This document shows, piece by piece, positions 18,709-29,297 of a stretch of 58,143 bases of DNA; the stretch's first letter is position 1, and each line of letters starts with the position of its first letter. The translations under genes and the position numbers were made by a program. Under the pieces are notes generated by a model. That model ran no database searches and was not told the DNA's origin. It saw only the letters and a list, made by a program, of their open reading frames with translations. This stretch comes from a bacterium (GTDB taxonomy: Bacteria; Patescibacteriota; Minisyncoccia; UBA6257; UBA9933). The stretch lies in assembly GCA_030693235.1 (NCBI GenBank), contig JAUYBE010000016.1, forward strand, positions 101,917-160,059. Reading direction: 5' to 3'.

Positions 18709-21700
18709 TCAATGGTTATCGGCTATTTTCCGATAACCCGTTCCGGCCGGAATTAATCGGCCGATAATAACGTTTTCTTTCAAACCCACAAGATTATCGA
18801 CTCTGCCTTCAGCCGCGGCCATTACTAAAATTCGGGCGGTTTCCTGAAAAGAAGCCGCCGAAAGAAAACTCTCCGTGGAAAGAGCGGTCTTGGTGATACC
18901 CATCAAAAGCTGTTTTGCTTTTGCAGGCTTTTTGCCTTTCTTTTTGGTTTTTTGGTTAACGCTGAAAAATTTTGATTTCTCAATCACTTCTCCGATAACG
19001 AAATCTGTGTCGCCGGAATCCTTAATTATGACTCGCGAAAACATCTGCCTGATAATCACTTCAATATGTTTGTCGTTAATATAAGTTCCTTCAGAAACAT
19101 AAATTCTTTGAATCTCGTTAATGATATATCTCTGAACCGCTTCTTTGTTTTTGAAATTAAAAAGTTCTTTGAGGTCCATGCTTCCTTCGCTTAATTGATC
19201 TCCTTTTCCCACTTTCTGGCCGGCTTTGACAAAAATAATATTTGTCCGCGGAATAACATACTCGATAATTTTGGATTTTAAAGTTTTTAATCTTATTGTT
19301 TTTACAGAGTCCTCTTCTTCAATGTCTTCAATAACGCCGTCGGCTTCGGCCAATGGCGCCTTTCCTTTGGGAATTCTTACTTCAAAAAGCTCTTGAACGC
19401 GCGGCAAACCATGAGTAATATCAACGCCAGCCACGCCGCCGGTATGGAAAGTTCGCAGCGTCAACTGTGTTCCCGGCTCACCAATGGATTGAGCCGCGAT
19501 GATTCCAACCGCCTCGCCGATATTAATCGATTTATTTTTCGCCAAATCAAGACCGTAACATTTGGAACAAACGCCATATAAAGTTTTACAAGTAATCGGC
19601 GAGCGGATTTTAACCGACTCAATTTTTGATTTTTCAATTTTTTCGGCCGTTTCCCGACTAATAATTTCTCCCGCTTTAACGATAATTTTCTTGCCTGCCT
19701 TAATATCTTCGCAAGCGCTCCTGCTGAACAACCGTTTGCCGAAATTATAACCAAACGCTTCGCCATCCGAACGGAAAAGTTCTATTCCTTCGGCCGTCCC
19801 GCAATTATTTTCCCTGACAACAACGTCCTGGCTAACATCAACCAAACGCCTGGTTAAATAACCGGCTGCCGCGGTTTTCAAAGCCGTATCAATTAAACCT
19901 TTTCGAGCGCCGTGAGTATTGATGAAGAATTCCAAAACATCCAAGCCCTCTTTATAAGAAGCTTTAATCGGTAATTCAATGGTTTCGCCTTTGGGATTTT
20001 GCACCAAACCTTTCATTCCGGCCATCTGAATCGGCTGAGACCAACTGCCCCTGGCGCCCGAATCAATGATGGAATAAACTGAACTCTCCTCCGAGATGGC
20101 CGCCGGCACCAATTCGGCAATTTCATTTTTCGCTTTTTCCCAAACTTCAATGGTTTTTTGCCGACGCTCGTCATCGGTTAACAAACCGTCCTGATACTGG
20201 TCTTTAATCCGGGAAATTTGAATTTCCGCCCCTTTTAATATTTTATTTTTCCCTAAAGGAATAACCAAATCATCCATTCCCCAGCTGATACCGGACAAAG
20301 TGGCGTAGCGGAAACCCAATTCTTTGATATCGTCCAGAATCCGCCAAATATCTTCAAGCCCGTATTCTTCTATTAATTTAGCTATGATCTTCTGTAACTC
20401 TTTTTTGCCAAATATTTTGTTAACGAAGTCAAAATTTTTCGGGAGAACGTCGTTGAAAATCAATCTGCCGATACTTGTTTCCATGATTTCGCTTTCCGCT
20501 TTTCCCTTTATTTTTACCTTAATCGGTTCATTAATTTTTAAATAACCGAAATTGTAAGCGATCATCGCCTCGTCCGGATCTGAAAAAATTTTCTTTTTCT
20601 GCGTAGTTCCGCGTTCTGTTCCGCGTAGTTCTGCGTCTACAATCTTGGTAAGATAATAACAACCTAAAACAATATCCTGGGAAGGCGAGGCTATTGGTTC
20701 ACCGCCTGAGGGCTTCAAAATATTGCCACTGGCCAACATTAAATCAGTTGCTTCTTTTTGAGACTCTTCGGTTAAAGGTAAATGCACCGCCATTTGATCT
20801 CCATCAAAATCGGCGTTAAAAGCGCTACAAACCATTGGCGGAATCCTGATACACAAATCCTCGATTAAAATTGGTTTAAAAGCTTGAATGCCCAAACGAT
20901 GAAGCGTCGGCGCGCGGTTCAAAAGAACTTTTCGGTTAGCGATCACTTCTTCCAGAATCGCCCAAATTTCCGACGTGGCGGTTTCAATCAAGCGATTGGC
21001 GTTTCTGATATTATGAGCCAATCCTCTTTCAAGAATTTTATTGATTACAAAGGGTCTGAATAATTCCAAAGCCATTTTCTTCGGCAAACCGCACTCATTA
21101 AGCCTTAACTCCGGCCCAACCGCGATTACCGACCGAGCGGAATAATCAACTCTCTTGCCCAACAAATTTTGCCGAAATCTGCCCTGCTTGCCTTTTAACA
21201 TATCTGCCAAAGACTTAAGCGGCCGGCGCCGACTCGACATTTGCTGTTGAGTGCCGAAACGGGCGGTATTATCAACCAAAGAATCAATCGATTCTTGAAG
21301 CATTCTTTTTTCGTTGGTAATGATAATTTCCGGCGCTTTTAATTCAATCAGTTTTTTTAACCGATTATTACGATTAATCACCCGGCGGTAAAGATCATTA
21401 AGATCTGAAGTGGCATAACGGCCGCCGTCCAAAGCCACCATCGGCCTTAATTCCGGAGGTAAAACAGGCAAATTCGTCAAAACCATCCATTCCGGCCGCA
21501 TATTATTTTTAATAAATAAACGAATTAATTTAAGACGATAAAGCAGATAACGCTCCCGGCTGGCGTCTTTAATATTTTTAATTTCAGATTCTGTTCGAGA
21601 AGCTTCTTTTTTTAAATCGATATTTTCCAAAATTTTCCGAATCGCTTCGGCGCCGCTTCCGGCTTTAAAAATATTGGCGAATCGCCGAGCCAAATTAAAA

Positions 21701-22263
21701 TACTCAATCTCGGTAAGAATTTTACCGGGCTTCAAAGAAATCAGCCCGTCTCTTACTTGAATCATCGCCGCTTCCAATTCTTTTATGTCTTCTACTTTCT
21801 TCCGCGACTTGAATTCCCGCTCCAATTCTTCCAAAACTGTTTTTTTATTTTCTTCGTTGACGTCCGTAACAATATAAGCCGCGTAATAAATAACTTTCTC
21901 CAGTTTTTGAAGTGGCGCGTTCAAAAACAAACCGATTTTGGAAGGGGCGGTTCTTAAAAACCAAATATGAGCGACCGGCGTCGCCAATTTTATATGTCCC
22001 ATTCGATCGCGCCGAACAGCGGATCTGGTCACTTCAACTCCGCAACGGTCGCAAGTTACACCCTTATAGCGAATCTTCCTGTATTTGCCGCAATAACATT
22101 CATAATCTTTGGTCGGACCAAAAATCCGTTCGGAAAAAAGACCGTCCTTTTCCGGCCGCTGAGTGCGATAATTTATTGTTTCCGCCTTTAACACTTCTCC
22201 GTGAGACCAGGAAAGGATTTCTTCCGGTGAAGCGATTTTAAGTTTTAAAGCGTCGAAATTCAT
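18709..22263 (-). CDS. rpoC: RNA polymerase beta' subunit
   Basis: NADFDGD, zinc-binding CYCGKY...CDRCG, GEPGTQLTLRTFH. Confidence 0.98.
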   Translation of the reverse strand: MNFDALKLKIASPEEILSWSHGEVLKAETINYRTQRPEKDGLFSERIFGPTKDYECYCGKYRKIRYKGVTCDRCGVEVTRSAVRRDRMGHIKLATPVAHIWFLRTAPSKIGLFLNAPLQKLEKVIYYAAYIVTDVNEENKKTVLEELEREFKSRKKVEDIKELEAAMIQVRDGLISLKPGKILTEIEYFNLARRFANIFKAGSGAEAIRKILENIDLKKEASRTESEIKNIKDASRERYLLYRLKLIRLFIKNNMRPEWMVLTNLPVLPPELRPMVALDGGRYATSDLNDLYRRVINRNNRLKKLIELKAPEIIITNEKRMLQESIDSLVDNTARFGTQQQMSSRRRPLKSLADMLKGKQGRFRQNLLGKRVDYSARSVIAVGPELRLNECGLPKKMALELFRPFVINKILERGLAHNIRNANRLIETATSEIWAILEEVIANRKVLLNRAPTLHRLGIQAFKPILIEDLCIRIPPMVCSAFNADFDGDQMAVHLPLTEESQKEATDLMLASGNILKPSGGEPIASPSQDIVLGCYYLTKIVDAELRGTERGTTQKKKIFSDPDEAMIAYNFGYLKINEPIKVKIKGKAESEIMETSIGRLIFNDVLPKNFDFVNKIFGKKELQKIIAKLIEEYGLEDIWRILDDIKELGFRYATLSGISWGMDDLVIPLGKNKILKGAEIQISRIKDQYQDGLLTDDERRQKTIEVWEKAKNEIAELVPAAISEESSVYSIIDSGARGSWSQPIQMAGMKGLVQNPKGETIELPIKASYKEGLDVLEFFINTHGARKGLIDTALKTAAAGYLTRRLVDVSQDVVVRENNCGTAEGIELFRSDGEAFGYNFGKRLFSRSACEDIKAGKKIIVKAGEIISRETAEKIEKSKIESVKIRSPITCKTLYGVCSKCYGLDLAKNKSINIGEAVGIIAAQSIGEPGTQLTLRTFHTGGVAGVDITHGLPRVQELFEVRIPKGKAPLAEADGVIEDIEEEDSVKTIRLKTLKSKIIEYVIPRTNIIFVKAGQKVGKGDQLSEGSMDLKELFNFKNKEAVQRYIINEIQRIYVSEGTYINDKHIEVIIRQMFSRVIIKDSGDTDFVIGEVIEKSKFFSVNQKTKKKGKKPAKAKQLLMGITKTALSTESFLSAASFQETARILVMAAAEGRVDNLVGLKENVIIGRLIPAGTGYRKIADNH

Positions 22264-22269
22264 TGTTTT

Positions 22270-25200
22270 TTATTTTTTCTCTATCTCCTCCACGCTTAAT
22301 CCCAAAGCCTTTAGTTCACTTACCAAAACATTAAAAGCCAAAGGCGTGCTGGGAGTTTTTATTTTCTCACCCCTGACAATTGATTCGAAAGCGGCGGCTC
22401 GACCAAAAACATCGTCCGATTTAATAGTTAACATTTCCTGAAGAATATTAGCCGCGCCATAACCTTCCAATGCCCAAACCTCCATTTCTCCGAAACGCTG
22501 GCCGCCCATTTGCGCCTTTCCTCCCAAGGGCTGCTGGGTAATTAATGAATAAGGACCGATAGAACGCATATGAATTTTATCCTCAACCAAATGATTCAAC
22601 TTCAACATATAAATATAACCGACGGTAACCGGCCGGGAAAACGGTTCGCCGGTGCGGCCGTCATAAAGAACCAGTTTCCCGTCTTCCGGCAAACCGGCTT
22701 TTTGGAGTTCATTTTTAATATCTTCTTCGGAAGCGCCGACAAAAACCGGAGTAATCGCCCGATATCCGAGTTTCTTGGCCGCCATTCCCAAATGAGTTTC
22801 CAGTATTTGCCCAAGGTTCATTCGCGAAGCCACGCCCAAAGGATTTAAAATAATATCCACCGGCGTTCCATCGCTAAGATAAGGCATATCTTCAATCGGC
22901 CGAATCTGAGAAATCACGCCTTTGTTGCCGTGCCGTCCGGCTAATTTATCGCCGGCTCTTACTTTTCTTAATTCGGCGATTTCCACCTGAATTCTTTTTA
23001 TAACGCCCGGGTCGAGTTTATCACCGCGTTCGCGGGAAAAAATTTTGATTCCGACTATCCGACCGGACTTGCCATGAGGCAAAACCAAAGAAGTATCCCT
23101 GACTTCAATCGCCTTTTCGCCGAAAACCGCCCGCAATAATTTTTCTTCCGGCGTCAACTCAACTTCGCCTTTTGGAGAAATTTTACCGACCAGAATATCG
23201 CCAGCCGCGACTTCGGCGCCGATTCTGATAATTCCTTCTTCGTCCAGATTTTTAAGTTTATCCTCCGGCACATTGGGAATATCCGGCGTAGTGGTTTCCG
23301 GACCCAATTTAGTGTCCCGAATATCGCAATAAAAATCTTCTATGTGAACCGAGCTGAACAAATCATCTTTGACCACCCGTTCTGAAAGAATAATCGCGTC
23401 TTCAAAATTGGCGCCTTCCCAAGAAATAAAAGAAACTAAAAGATTCTGGCCCAAAGCCAAGACACCGTTCTCGCTCGAAGAAGCATCTGCCAAAACATCT
23501 CCTTTTTTAACTTTCTGACCCTTAACAACCAAAGGTTTTTGGGAAATACAAGTATAATAATTCGACCTTTTGAATTTGTGAAGGTTATAAATTTTTTTCT
23601 CCTTTCCTTCGGTCACGATTTGCCGGGCATCAACGCTCAAGACTTCGCCATCGGCTTCGGCAATAACCAAACGGCCGGAATCAAAAACCGCTTTTTCTTC
23701 CATGCCTGTTCCGACCAAAGGAGCCTGCGGCTTTATCGACGGCACTGCTTGACGCTGCATATTTGACCCCATCAATGCCCTGTTCGCGTCATCGTGTTCA
23801 AGAAAAGGAATCAAAGAAGCGGCGATGCTGGTAATTTGATTCGGAGCCGCGTCAATAAATTCAACTTCTTCCCGATGACAAGTCCCGGGGATGCCCTTTA
23901 TTCTGGCATCAACGATTTCCTCAATAATTTTTCCGGACTTATCCAGTTTTGTGCTCCCTTGGGCGATTTTATATTTTTCTTCTTCCAAGGCGTTAAACCA
24001 GACAATTTCGCCGGTTATTTTTCCGTTTTTTATCTTTGAATAAGGAGTTTCTAAAAAACCGAATTCATTAAGTCGAGCATAATTGGCCAAATAATTTATT
24101 AATCCGATGTTCTGGCCTTCCGGTGTTTCAATCGGACAAATCCGGCCGTAATGGGAAGTATGAACATCGCGAACTTCGAAACCGGCGCGCTCCCGAGTCA
24201 ATCCGCCGGGACCCATTGAAGAAAGCATTCGCTTATGCTCCAGTTCCGACAAAGAATTAATCTGGTTCATGAATTGGGAAAGCTGAGAGGTGGCGAAAAA
24301 TTCCCTGATAATCGCCACGAGCGGCCGGGGGTTAATCAATTGAATCGGCGTCAGAGTTTCAATTTCCGAAGTCGACATACGATCTTGAATATTACGACGA
24401 AGTCTGGCAAATCCCACGTACAACCGGTTTTGAAGCAATTCACCGACGCTTTTTATCCGTCGATTTCCCAAGTGGTCGATATCGTCCGGCTCGGCCAAAG
24501 GATTATTATTCAGTTTAATAATTTCCTTAACAACCAGAATCAAATCCTCAAGGTCGATAAGCTGGCTTTCTTTATTTTTCAATCCCACTCTTTGATTAAA
24601 TTTAAATCGGCCGACCGCGGAAAGACTGTAGCGGTCGGAACGGCGAAACATCGCGTCTATCAAACTTTTAGCATTTTCCGGAGTGGCCAAATCGCCCGGC
24701 CGAAGTCTTTTATAAACTTCGATATACGAACCGGAGGCGTCTTTAACCGCGTCTTTCTTTAAGGTGGCTTCAATGAATTTAATTTGTCCCGTATCGACAT
24801 CGCTGAAAGTTTTAATAATCGCTTCGTTATCTTTTAAACCGAAAATTCTTAAAAGGTCTGTAATCGGCGCTTTGCGATGGCGGTCAATTTTAACGCCGAT
24901 AAAACCGTCGGATTCCGTGGCAAATTCCAGCCATGATCCGCGATTGGGAATAACCTTGGCGCCAAAAAATTTCTGACTCTTGGAAACTTCCGCCGTGAAA
25001 AAAACTCCGGGTGAACGGATTAATTGAGAAACCACCACTCTTTCGACGCCATTAATAATAAATGTCCCTCTTTTTGTCATTACCGGAAAATCGCCCAAAT
25101 ACACCTCTTCATCATTGGTTTTTTTGGTTAAAAGATTGACGAGTTTAACCTTCACCCTTAGCGCCGCTTCATAGGTGAGATCTTTGAACTGAGCCGTTTC

Positions 25201-25422
25201 TTCATCGTATTTCGGCTCGTCAAAATGATAGTCGCTGAAATAAACTTCCAAATTCTCGCCGGAATAATCCTTAATCGGCGAAATTTCCTCAAAAAGCTCT
25301 TTGATTCCCGTTTTAACAAACCAATTCCAAGAAGCGATTTGGCCCTCGGCCAAAAATTGCTGCTTGATTAATTGGTCGGAGTCGGAATAAGACGAAAAAA
25401 TTTTAGTCGGTAATTTTGACAT
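22270..25422 (-). CDS. rpoB: RNA polymerase beta subunit
   Basis: [39 protein letters not shown]. Confidence 0.98.
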   Translation of the reverse strand: MSKLPTKIFSSYSDSDQLIKQQFLAEGQIASWNWFVKTGIKELFEEISPIKDYSGENLEVYFSDYHFDEPKYDEETAQFKDLTYEAALRVKVKLVNLLTKKTNDEEVYLGDFPVMTKRGTFIINGVERVVVSQLIRSPGVFFTAEVSKSQKFFGAKVIPNRGSWLEFATESDGFIGVKIDRHRKAPITDLLRIFGLKDNEAIIKTFSDVDTGQIKFIEATLKKDAVKDASGSYIEVYKRLRPGDLATPENAKSLIDAMFRRSDRYSLSAVGRFKFNQRVGLKNKESQLIDLEDLILVVKEIIKLNNNPLAEPDDIDHLGNRRIKSVGELLQNRLYVGFARLRRNIQDRMSTSEIETLTPIQLINPRPLVAIIREFFATSQLSQFMNQINSLSELEHKRMLSSMGPGGLTRERAGFEVRDVHTSHYGRICPIETPEGQNIGLINYLANYARLNEFGFLETPYSKIKNGKITGEIVWFNALEEEKYKIAQGSTKLDKSGKIIEEIVDARIKGIPGTCHREEVEFIDAAPNQITSIAASLIPFLEHDDANRALMGSNMQRQAVPSIKPQAPLVGTGMEEKAVFDSGRLVIAEADGEVLSVDARQIVTEGKEKKIYNLHKFKRSNYYTCISQKPLVVKGQKVKKGDVLADASSSENGVLALGQNLLVSFISWEGANFEDAIILSERVVKDDLFSSVHIEDFYCDIRDTKLGPETTTPDIPNVPEDKLKNLDEEGIIRIGAEVAAGDILVGKISPKGEVELTPEEKLLRAVFGEKAIEVRDTSLVLPHGKSGRIVGIKIFSRERGDKLDPGVIKRIQVEIAELRKVRAGDKLAGRHGNKGVISQIRPIEDMPYLSDGTPVDIILNPLGVASRMNLGQILETHLGMAAKKLGYRAITPVFVGASEEDIKNELQKAGLPEDGKLVLYDGRTGEPFSRPVTVGYIYMLKLNHLVEDKIHMRSIGPYSLITQQPLGGKAQMGGQRFGEMEVWALEGYGAANILQEMLTIKSDDVFGRAAAFESIVRGEKIKTPSTPLAFNVLVSELKALGLSVEEIEKK

Positions 25423-25461
25423 AAAAAATAAAAGCCCTCTCAAGGCGGAGCAAAATAATAA

Positions 25462-26448
25462 TTATCTATTTAATAAATATGCGGCGCGATTTTTGTTGTG
25501 TTCATCAAAGGTCTCGCTAAAAATCGTTTTTTTTGTTTTGGGGTCGGAAAGATAATACCAATATCTTGTTTTTTCCGAATTTAAAACCGCTTTTATCGAT
25601 TCCGAATCGGGATTGGAAATCGGACCTTCCGGCAAACCAGGATAAAGATAAGTATTATAAACTGAATTAATTTTATAATCCGCTTCCGCAAGCCGCGGAC
25701 AATTCAAAAACCGGCCAGAGCATTTAGCGTAAATAACGCTCGCGTCAACTTGAAGCGGCATGCCCACTTTTAATCTTTTCAATAAAATTCCGGCAGCAAC
25801 TTTTTTCTCCTCGTAATCGGGAATTTCTTTTTCTAAAATCGAAGCTAAAATTAATTTATCTAAAATCCTATCATTATCTTTAAATAAAGGCAAGGCTTTT
25901 GTTTTAAAATTGTCTAAAAACTTGTGGATAACCAAATCAGCGCCGGAATCGGGGAAAAAACGATAAGTGTCGGGAAAAAGAAATCCTTCAAGTGAATGAG
26001 CTTCGGTTAAATAAGAATAATCGCTTTTCAAGGAATTGATGTTAAAATTTATTATCTCGCCCGGTTTAATAATACGAGCTTCGCTTAATTTTTCATCAAT
26101 CTCTTTAAGGGTTAAGCCCGGAGCGATTACCGCGGAAATTTCTTCCGGCCCTTTTGTTAAAATTCCAAACAATTTCGAAATAGAGAAATCCGAAGATAAT
26201 GCGTATTTTCCCGGTTTTAATCGGCGGGCCTCGCCGGTAATTACGCCGTAAATTTTAAAAACCGCCGTGGACGCAATCAAATTTTCGCTTTTCAATTTAT
26301 CGACGATTTCATTAAAACTCATTCCGGTTGATATTTTAAAATCACCAATTAAAATTGAAGCCCTCGCGGGAAAGGTCCGAAAAAAAAGAAACGACGAAAT
26401 TAAACCGAAAAATAAAAAGCCGCTGATAATTAAGGCTGTTTTTTTCAT
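25462..26448 (-). CDS. mltG: Endolytic transglycosylase MltG (YceG)
   Basis: LEGFLFPDTY, ASILEKE, LQVDA, YNTY..GLPEGPISNP. Confidence 0.92.
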   Translation of the reverse strand: MKKTALIISGFLFFGLISSFLFFRTFPARASILIGDFKISTGMSFNEIVDKLKSENLIASTAVFKIYGVITGEARRLKPGKYALSSDFSISKLFGILTKGPEEISAVIAPGLTLKEIDEKLSEARIIKPGEIINFNINSLKSDYSYLTEAHSLEGFLFPDTYRFFPDSGADLVIHKFLDNFKTKALPLFKDNDRILDKLILASILEKEIPDYEEKKVAAGILLKRLKVGMPLQVDASVIYAKCSGRFLNCPRLAEADYKINSVYNTYLYPGLPEGPISNPDSESIKAVLNSEKTRYWYYLSDPKTKKTIFSETFDEHNKNRAAYLLNR

Positions 26449-27518
26449 AAGCGACGAACAAAAATCGATTGAATTATACCTATCAGAATCAAGTTCGTCA
26501 ATAAACTGGAACCGCCGTAGCTTAAAAACGGGAATGTCACGCCGACAACCGGCGTCAACCCCAAATTGGAACCGACGTTAAAAATAAACTGGGCGATGAA
26601 TAAAATAACCGTTCCCATGCAGATAAAACGGCTGAAATTATTTTCGGCGTTCAAACCTATTTTAACGATTCTTAAAATTAAAAGGGCGAAAATAACAACC
26701 AAAAGAAAACCCGAAAACAATCCCCATTCCTCGATAAAAGCCGCGAAAATAAAATCCGTCTGGGCCTCGGGCAAAAATCCCAATTGCGATTGCGTCCCTT
26801 GGCCGAATCCTTTGCCGAAAAAACCGGCTGAACCGATGGCGATTTTTGATTGAATAACATTGTAATTTACTCCCAAAGGATCGCGGTCCGAAAAAAGAAA
26901 ACCCAAAATTCTTTCTTTTTGATAATTTTCCAAAAAACTTTGCCAAAGAACCATTCCCAAAAGAGAAAAAATAACCAAACCAATAATTAAATACCGCCAA
27001 GGAATGCCGCTGACCAGAAGAAAACCGAGCCATAAACAAAAAAGAATCAAAATCGAACCGAAGTCCGGCTGAAGACTAATAAGGCCTGCTGGAATAATAA
27101 AATAAAAAAAGGAAGTGGCTAAATTTGATAATCGAGCCATACCGATATGTTTTCGGCCGAAAAACCACGCGTAAACAATGATCAAAACCAATTTCGCCAG
27201 TTCTGAAACCTGAAAACGAAAATCTCCTATTACCAACCAGCCCTTAACACCTCGAATAGTCGGCGCGAAAAAATAAGTCAGTAATAAAAATAAAATTACC
27301 AATCCATAAAGCCCGAAAATCGCTCCCCGATAATTAACATAAGATCGCCAATCGAATTTAACAAACAAAAAAGCGAAAAAAAGTCCGAGCGCCAAAGCGA
27401 TTACTTGCTTGAAAACCAAATCCGGCGCGGTTGAAGCCAAGCTCAAAAATCCGGCGCCGATTAAAAATAAAACCGCCGAATTCAGTTTCCAATCTAATTG
27501 TTTGAAAAAGGAAAGCAT
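26445..27518 (-). CDS. rodA: SEDS peptidoglycan glycosyltransferase RodA
   Basis: FQVSELAK, QPDFG, QSKIAIGSAG, LPEAQTDFIF, PFLSYGGSS. Confidence 0.88.
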   Translation of the reverse strand: MLSFFKQLDWKLNSAVLFLIGAGFLSLASTAPDLVFKQVIALALGLFFAFLFVKFDWRSYVNYRGAIFGLYGLVILFLLLTYFFAPTIRGVKGWLVIGDFRFQVSELAKLVLIIVYAWFFGRKHIGMARLSNLATSFFYFIIPAGLISLQPDFGSILILFCLWLGFLLVSGIPWRYLIIGLVIFSLLGMVLWQSFLENYQKERILGFLFSDRDPLGVNYNVIQSKIAIGSAGFFGKGFGQGTQSQLGFLPEAQTDFIFAAFIEEWGLFSGFLLVVIFALLILRIVKIGLNAENNFSRFICMGTVILFIAQFIFNVGSNLGLTPVVGVTFPFLSYGGSSLLTNLILIGIIQSIFVRRL

Positions 27519-27532
27519 ATTTTTTATATATA

Positions 27533-28699
27533 TTATAATCCCAAATTACCATTAGCGATCAACCGCCGATTTTTTTTGCGCAAATAATTAATATAACCGG
27601 CAACGGCAATCATAGCGGCGTTGTCAGCGCAGAATTTTTTTGCTGGCGCCAAAAAATCGATTTTTAATTGAGATTGCTTCGCTTCGCTCGCAACGACAGA
27701 TTGAAATTGTTTCTGCAAAGTTTTATTTGCGGCGACGCCGCCGGAAATCATTATTGATTTAGCTTTGAATTCTTTGGCGGCTCGCAATGTTTTTGAAATT
27801 AAAACATCGAAAGCGGCGGCTTGAAAAGAAGCAGCTATATCTTGAATTATGAATTTAGAAGTATGAATTAGGGGAGGTGTTTTTTTATTCATTATTCCTA
27901 ATTCATTATTCTTAATTCCCCGGAGGTAATACAAAACCGCCGTTTTTAACCCCGAAAAACTGAAATCATAATTTTTTTGGTAAATCATCGGCCGAGGAAA
28001 ACTAATCGCTTCGGGATTTCCTTTTTTGGCGAGCTTTTCAATTTCCGGACCGCCGGGGTAGGGCAAATCTAATAGTCGCGCCACCTTGTCAAACGCTTCG
28101 CCAACGGCATCGTCTCTGGTTTCACCGAGTTTTTTATAATGAGTTAAATCTTTCATTAATAGAAGTATCGTATGCCCGCCGCTTATAATGAGCGCGATTG
28201 CCGGAAACAATTCTGAATTCTGAATTCTGAATTCTGAATTTACAGTTTTCTGTTCTAACAGAAAACTGTAGAGGTGGCCTTCAAGATGGCTGACGCCAAT
28301 AAGTTTAGGGTTTAGGACATAGGGTTTAGGGTATAGGGTTTTATATAAATCTTTGGCGAAATTTATGCCTGTCCATAATGCCGGTTCTAAACCCGGTCCA
28401 ACTGTTACACAAATTAAATCAACTTTTTGGATTTTGGGTTTTGGGTTTGGGATTTGTTTAGAAATTAGAAATTCTGATTTAGAAATTCCAAAAATCTTCC
28501 GAAACAATATTGGAAGATTTTTGGTGTGTTCTCTCTTTGCCAAATTCGGCACAACGCCGCCAAAAGGCCTGTGAATTTTTATCTGCGACGCCACGAGATT
28601 TTCCAAAATTTTAAATTGAGGGTTTTTTAATCCCCCGGAGGCTTCCACTAAAGCAATCGCCGTCTCGTCACAACTTGTTTCAATTGCAAGAATTTTCAT
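27533..28699 (-). CDS. tsaD: tRNA t6A N6-threonylcarbamoyltransferase with five repeat-derived insertions
   Basis: ILAIETSCDET, HLEGH, TRDDAVGEAFDK, FSFSGLKT, DNAAMIA; the longer ORF in the track runs through a tRNA. Confidence 0.93.
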   Translation of the reverse strand: MKILAIETSCDETAIALVEASGGLKNPQFKILENLVASQIKIHRPFGGVVPNLAKREHTKNLPILFRKIFGISKSEFLISKQIPNPKPKIQKVDLICVTVGPGLEPALWTGINFAKDLYKTLYPKPYVLNPKLIGVSHLEGHLYSFLLEQKTVNSEFRIQNSELFPAIALIISGGHTILLLMKDLTHYKKLGETRDDAVGEAFDKVARLLDLPYPGGPEIEKLAKKGNPEAISFPRPMIYQKNYDFSFSGLKTAVLYYLRGIKNNELGIMNKKTPPLIHTSKFIIQDIAASFQAAAFDVLISKTLRAAKEFKAKSIMISGGVAANKTLQKQFQSVVASEAKQSQLKIDFLAPAKKFCADNAAMIAVAGYINYLRKKNRRLIANGNLGL

Positions 28700-28713
28700 A
28701 AAAATTTTAACAT

Positions 28714-28788
28714 TGGTGTCCTCGACAGGAATCGAACCTGTACCGCCTCCTTCGGAGGGAGGCATTGTATCCATTCAACTACGAGGAC
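28714..28788 (-). tRNA. tRNA-Arg(CCG)
   Basis: Reverse complement GTCCTCG...CCTCC-CTCCGAA-GGAGG...GGTTCGATTCC...CGAGGACACCA. Confidence 0.93.
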
Positions 28789-28846
28789 AAAAATAGGGTT
28801 TAACCACCAGAGAATAGCCAATAGTTTAAACCCTAAACCCTAGTGG

Positions 28847-29293
28847 CTAGTGGCTAAAAACTAATTTAACATACACCACATCGCTCGGCGCAGGCGAATA
28901 AGAAATCTTCATTTCAACTTTTTTAAAAGTTTCTTTGATTTTTTTAGCCAATTTTACCGCCAATTGATTTTCGGTCGTGGTTATTCTCAACCCTTCTTCA
29001 TTTTCTTTTATAGCAATCAATCTGTCCATTGGGTCGCGCTGATAAGCCCGAGCTGCAAAAGTTTTCGCCAAATTGATTAAATCGCTTTTTATTTTAATCG
29101 GAATATTTTTGATAATTATTTCGCCTTCAAATTGCCTGTTTTTAATCATCGCGCAGGCCGGGCAAAGCGAAAATTTCACCGCTAAATTTTCTTTTAAGTT
29201 TTTATAATGGCGCAGATTGCGATGCCAGGATTTTTTATAATAAACCGCGTCGCATACCTTGCAAAAAACCAAACCCGATTTTGTTTTTTTCAT
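28847..29293 (-). CDS. Zn-binding BCAM0308/NMD3-like protein
   Basis: CKVC...W...CPAC; 'DPMDRLI', 'ITTTENQLA'. Confidence 0.65.
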   Translation of the reverse strand: MKKTKSGLVFCKVCDAVYYKKSWHRNLRHYKNLKENLAVKFSLCPACAMIKNRQFEGEIIIKNIPIKIKSDLINLAKTFAARAYQRDPMDRLIAIKENEEGLRITTTENQLAVKLAKKIKETFKKVEMKISYSPAPSDVVYVKLVFSH

Positions 29294-29297
29294 AAAT

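Noticed and set aside
28700-28774. N-terminal extension of tsaD in the ORF track
   Set aside because: It overlaps tRNA-Arg(CCG); the conserved start is MKILAIETS at 28699.
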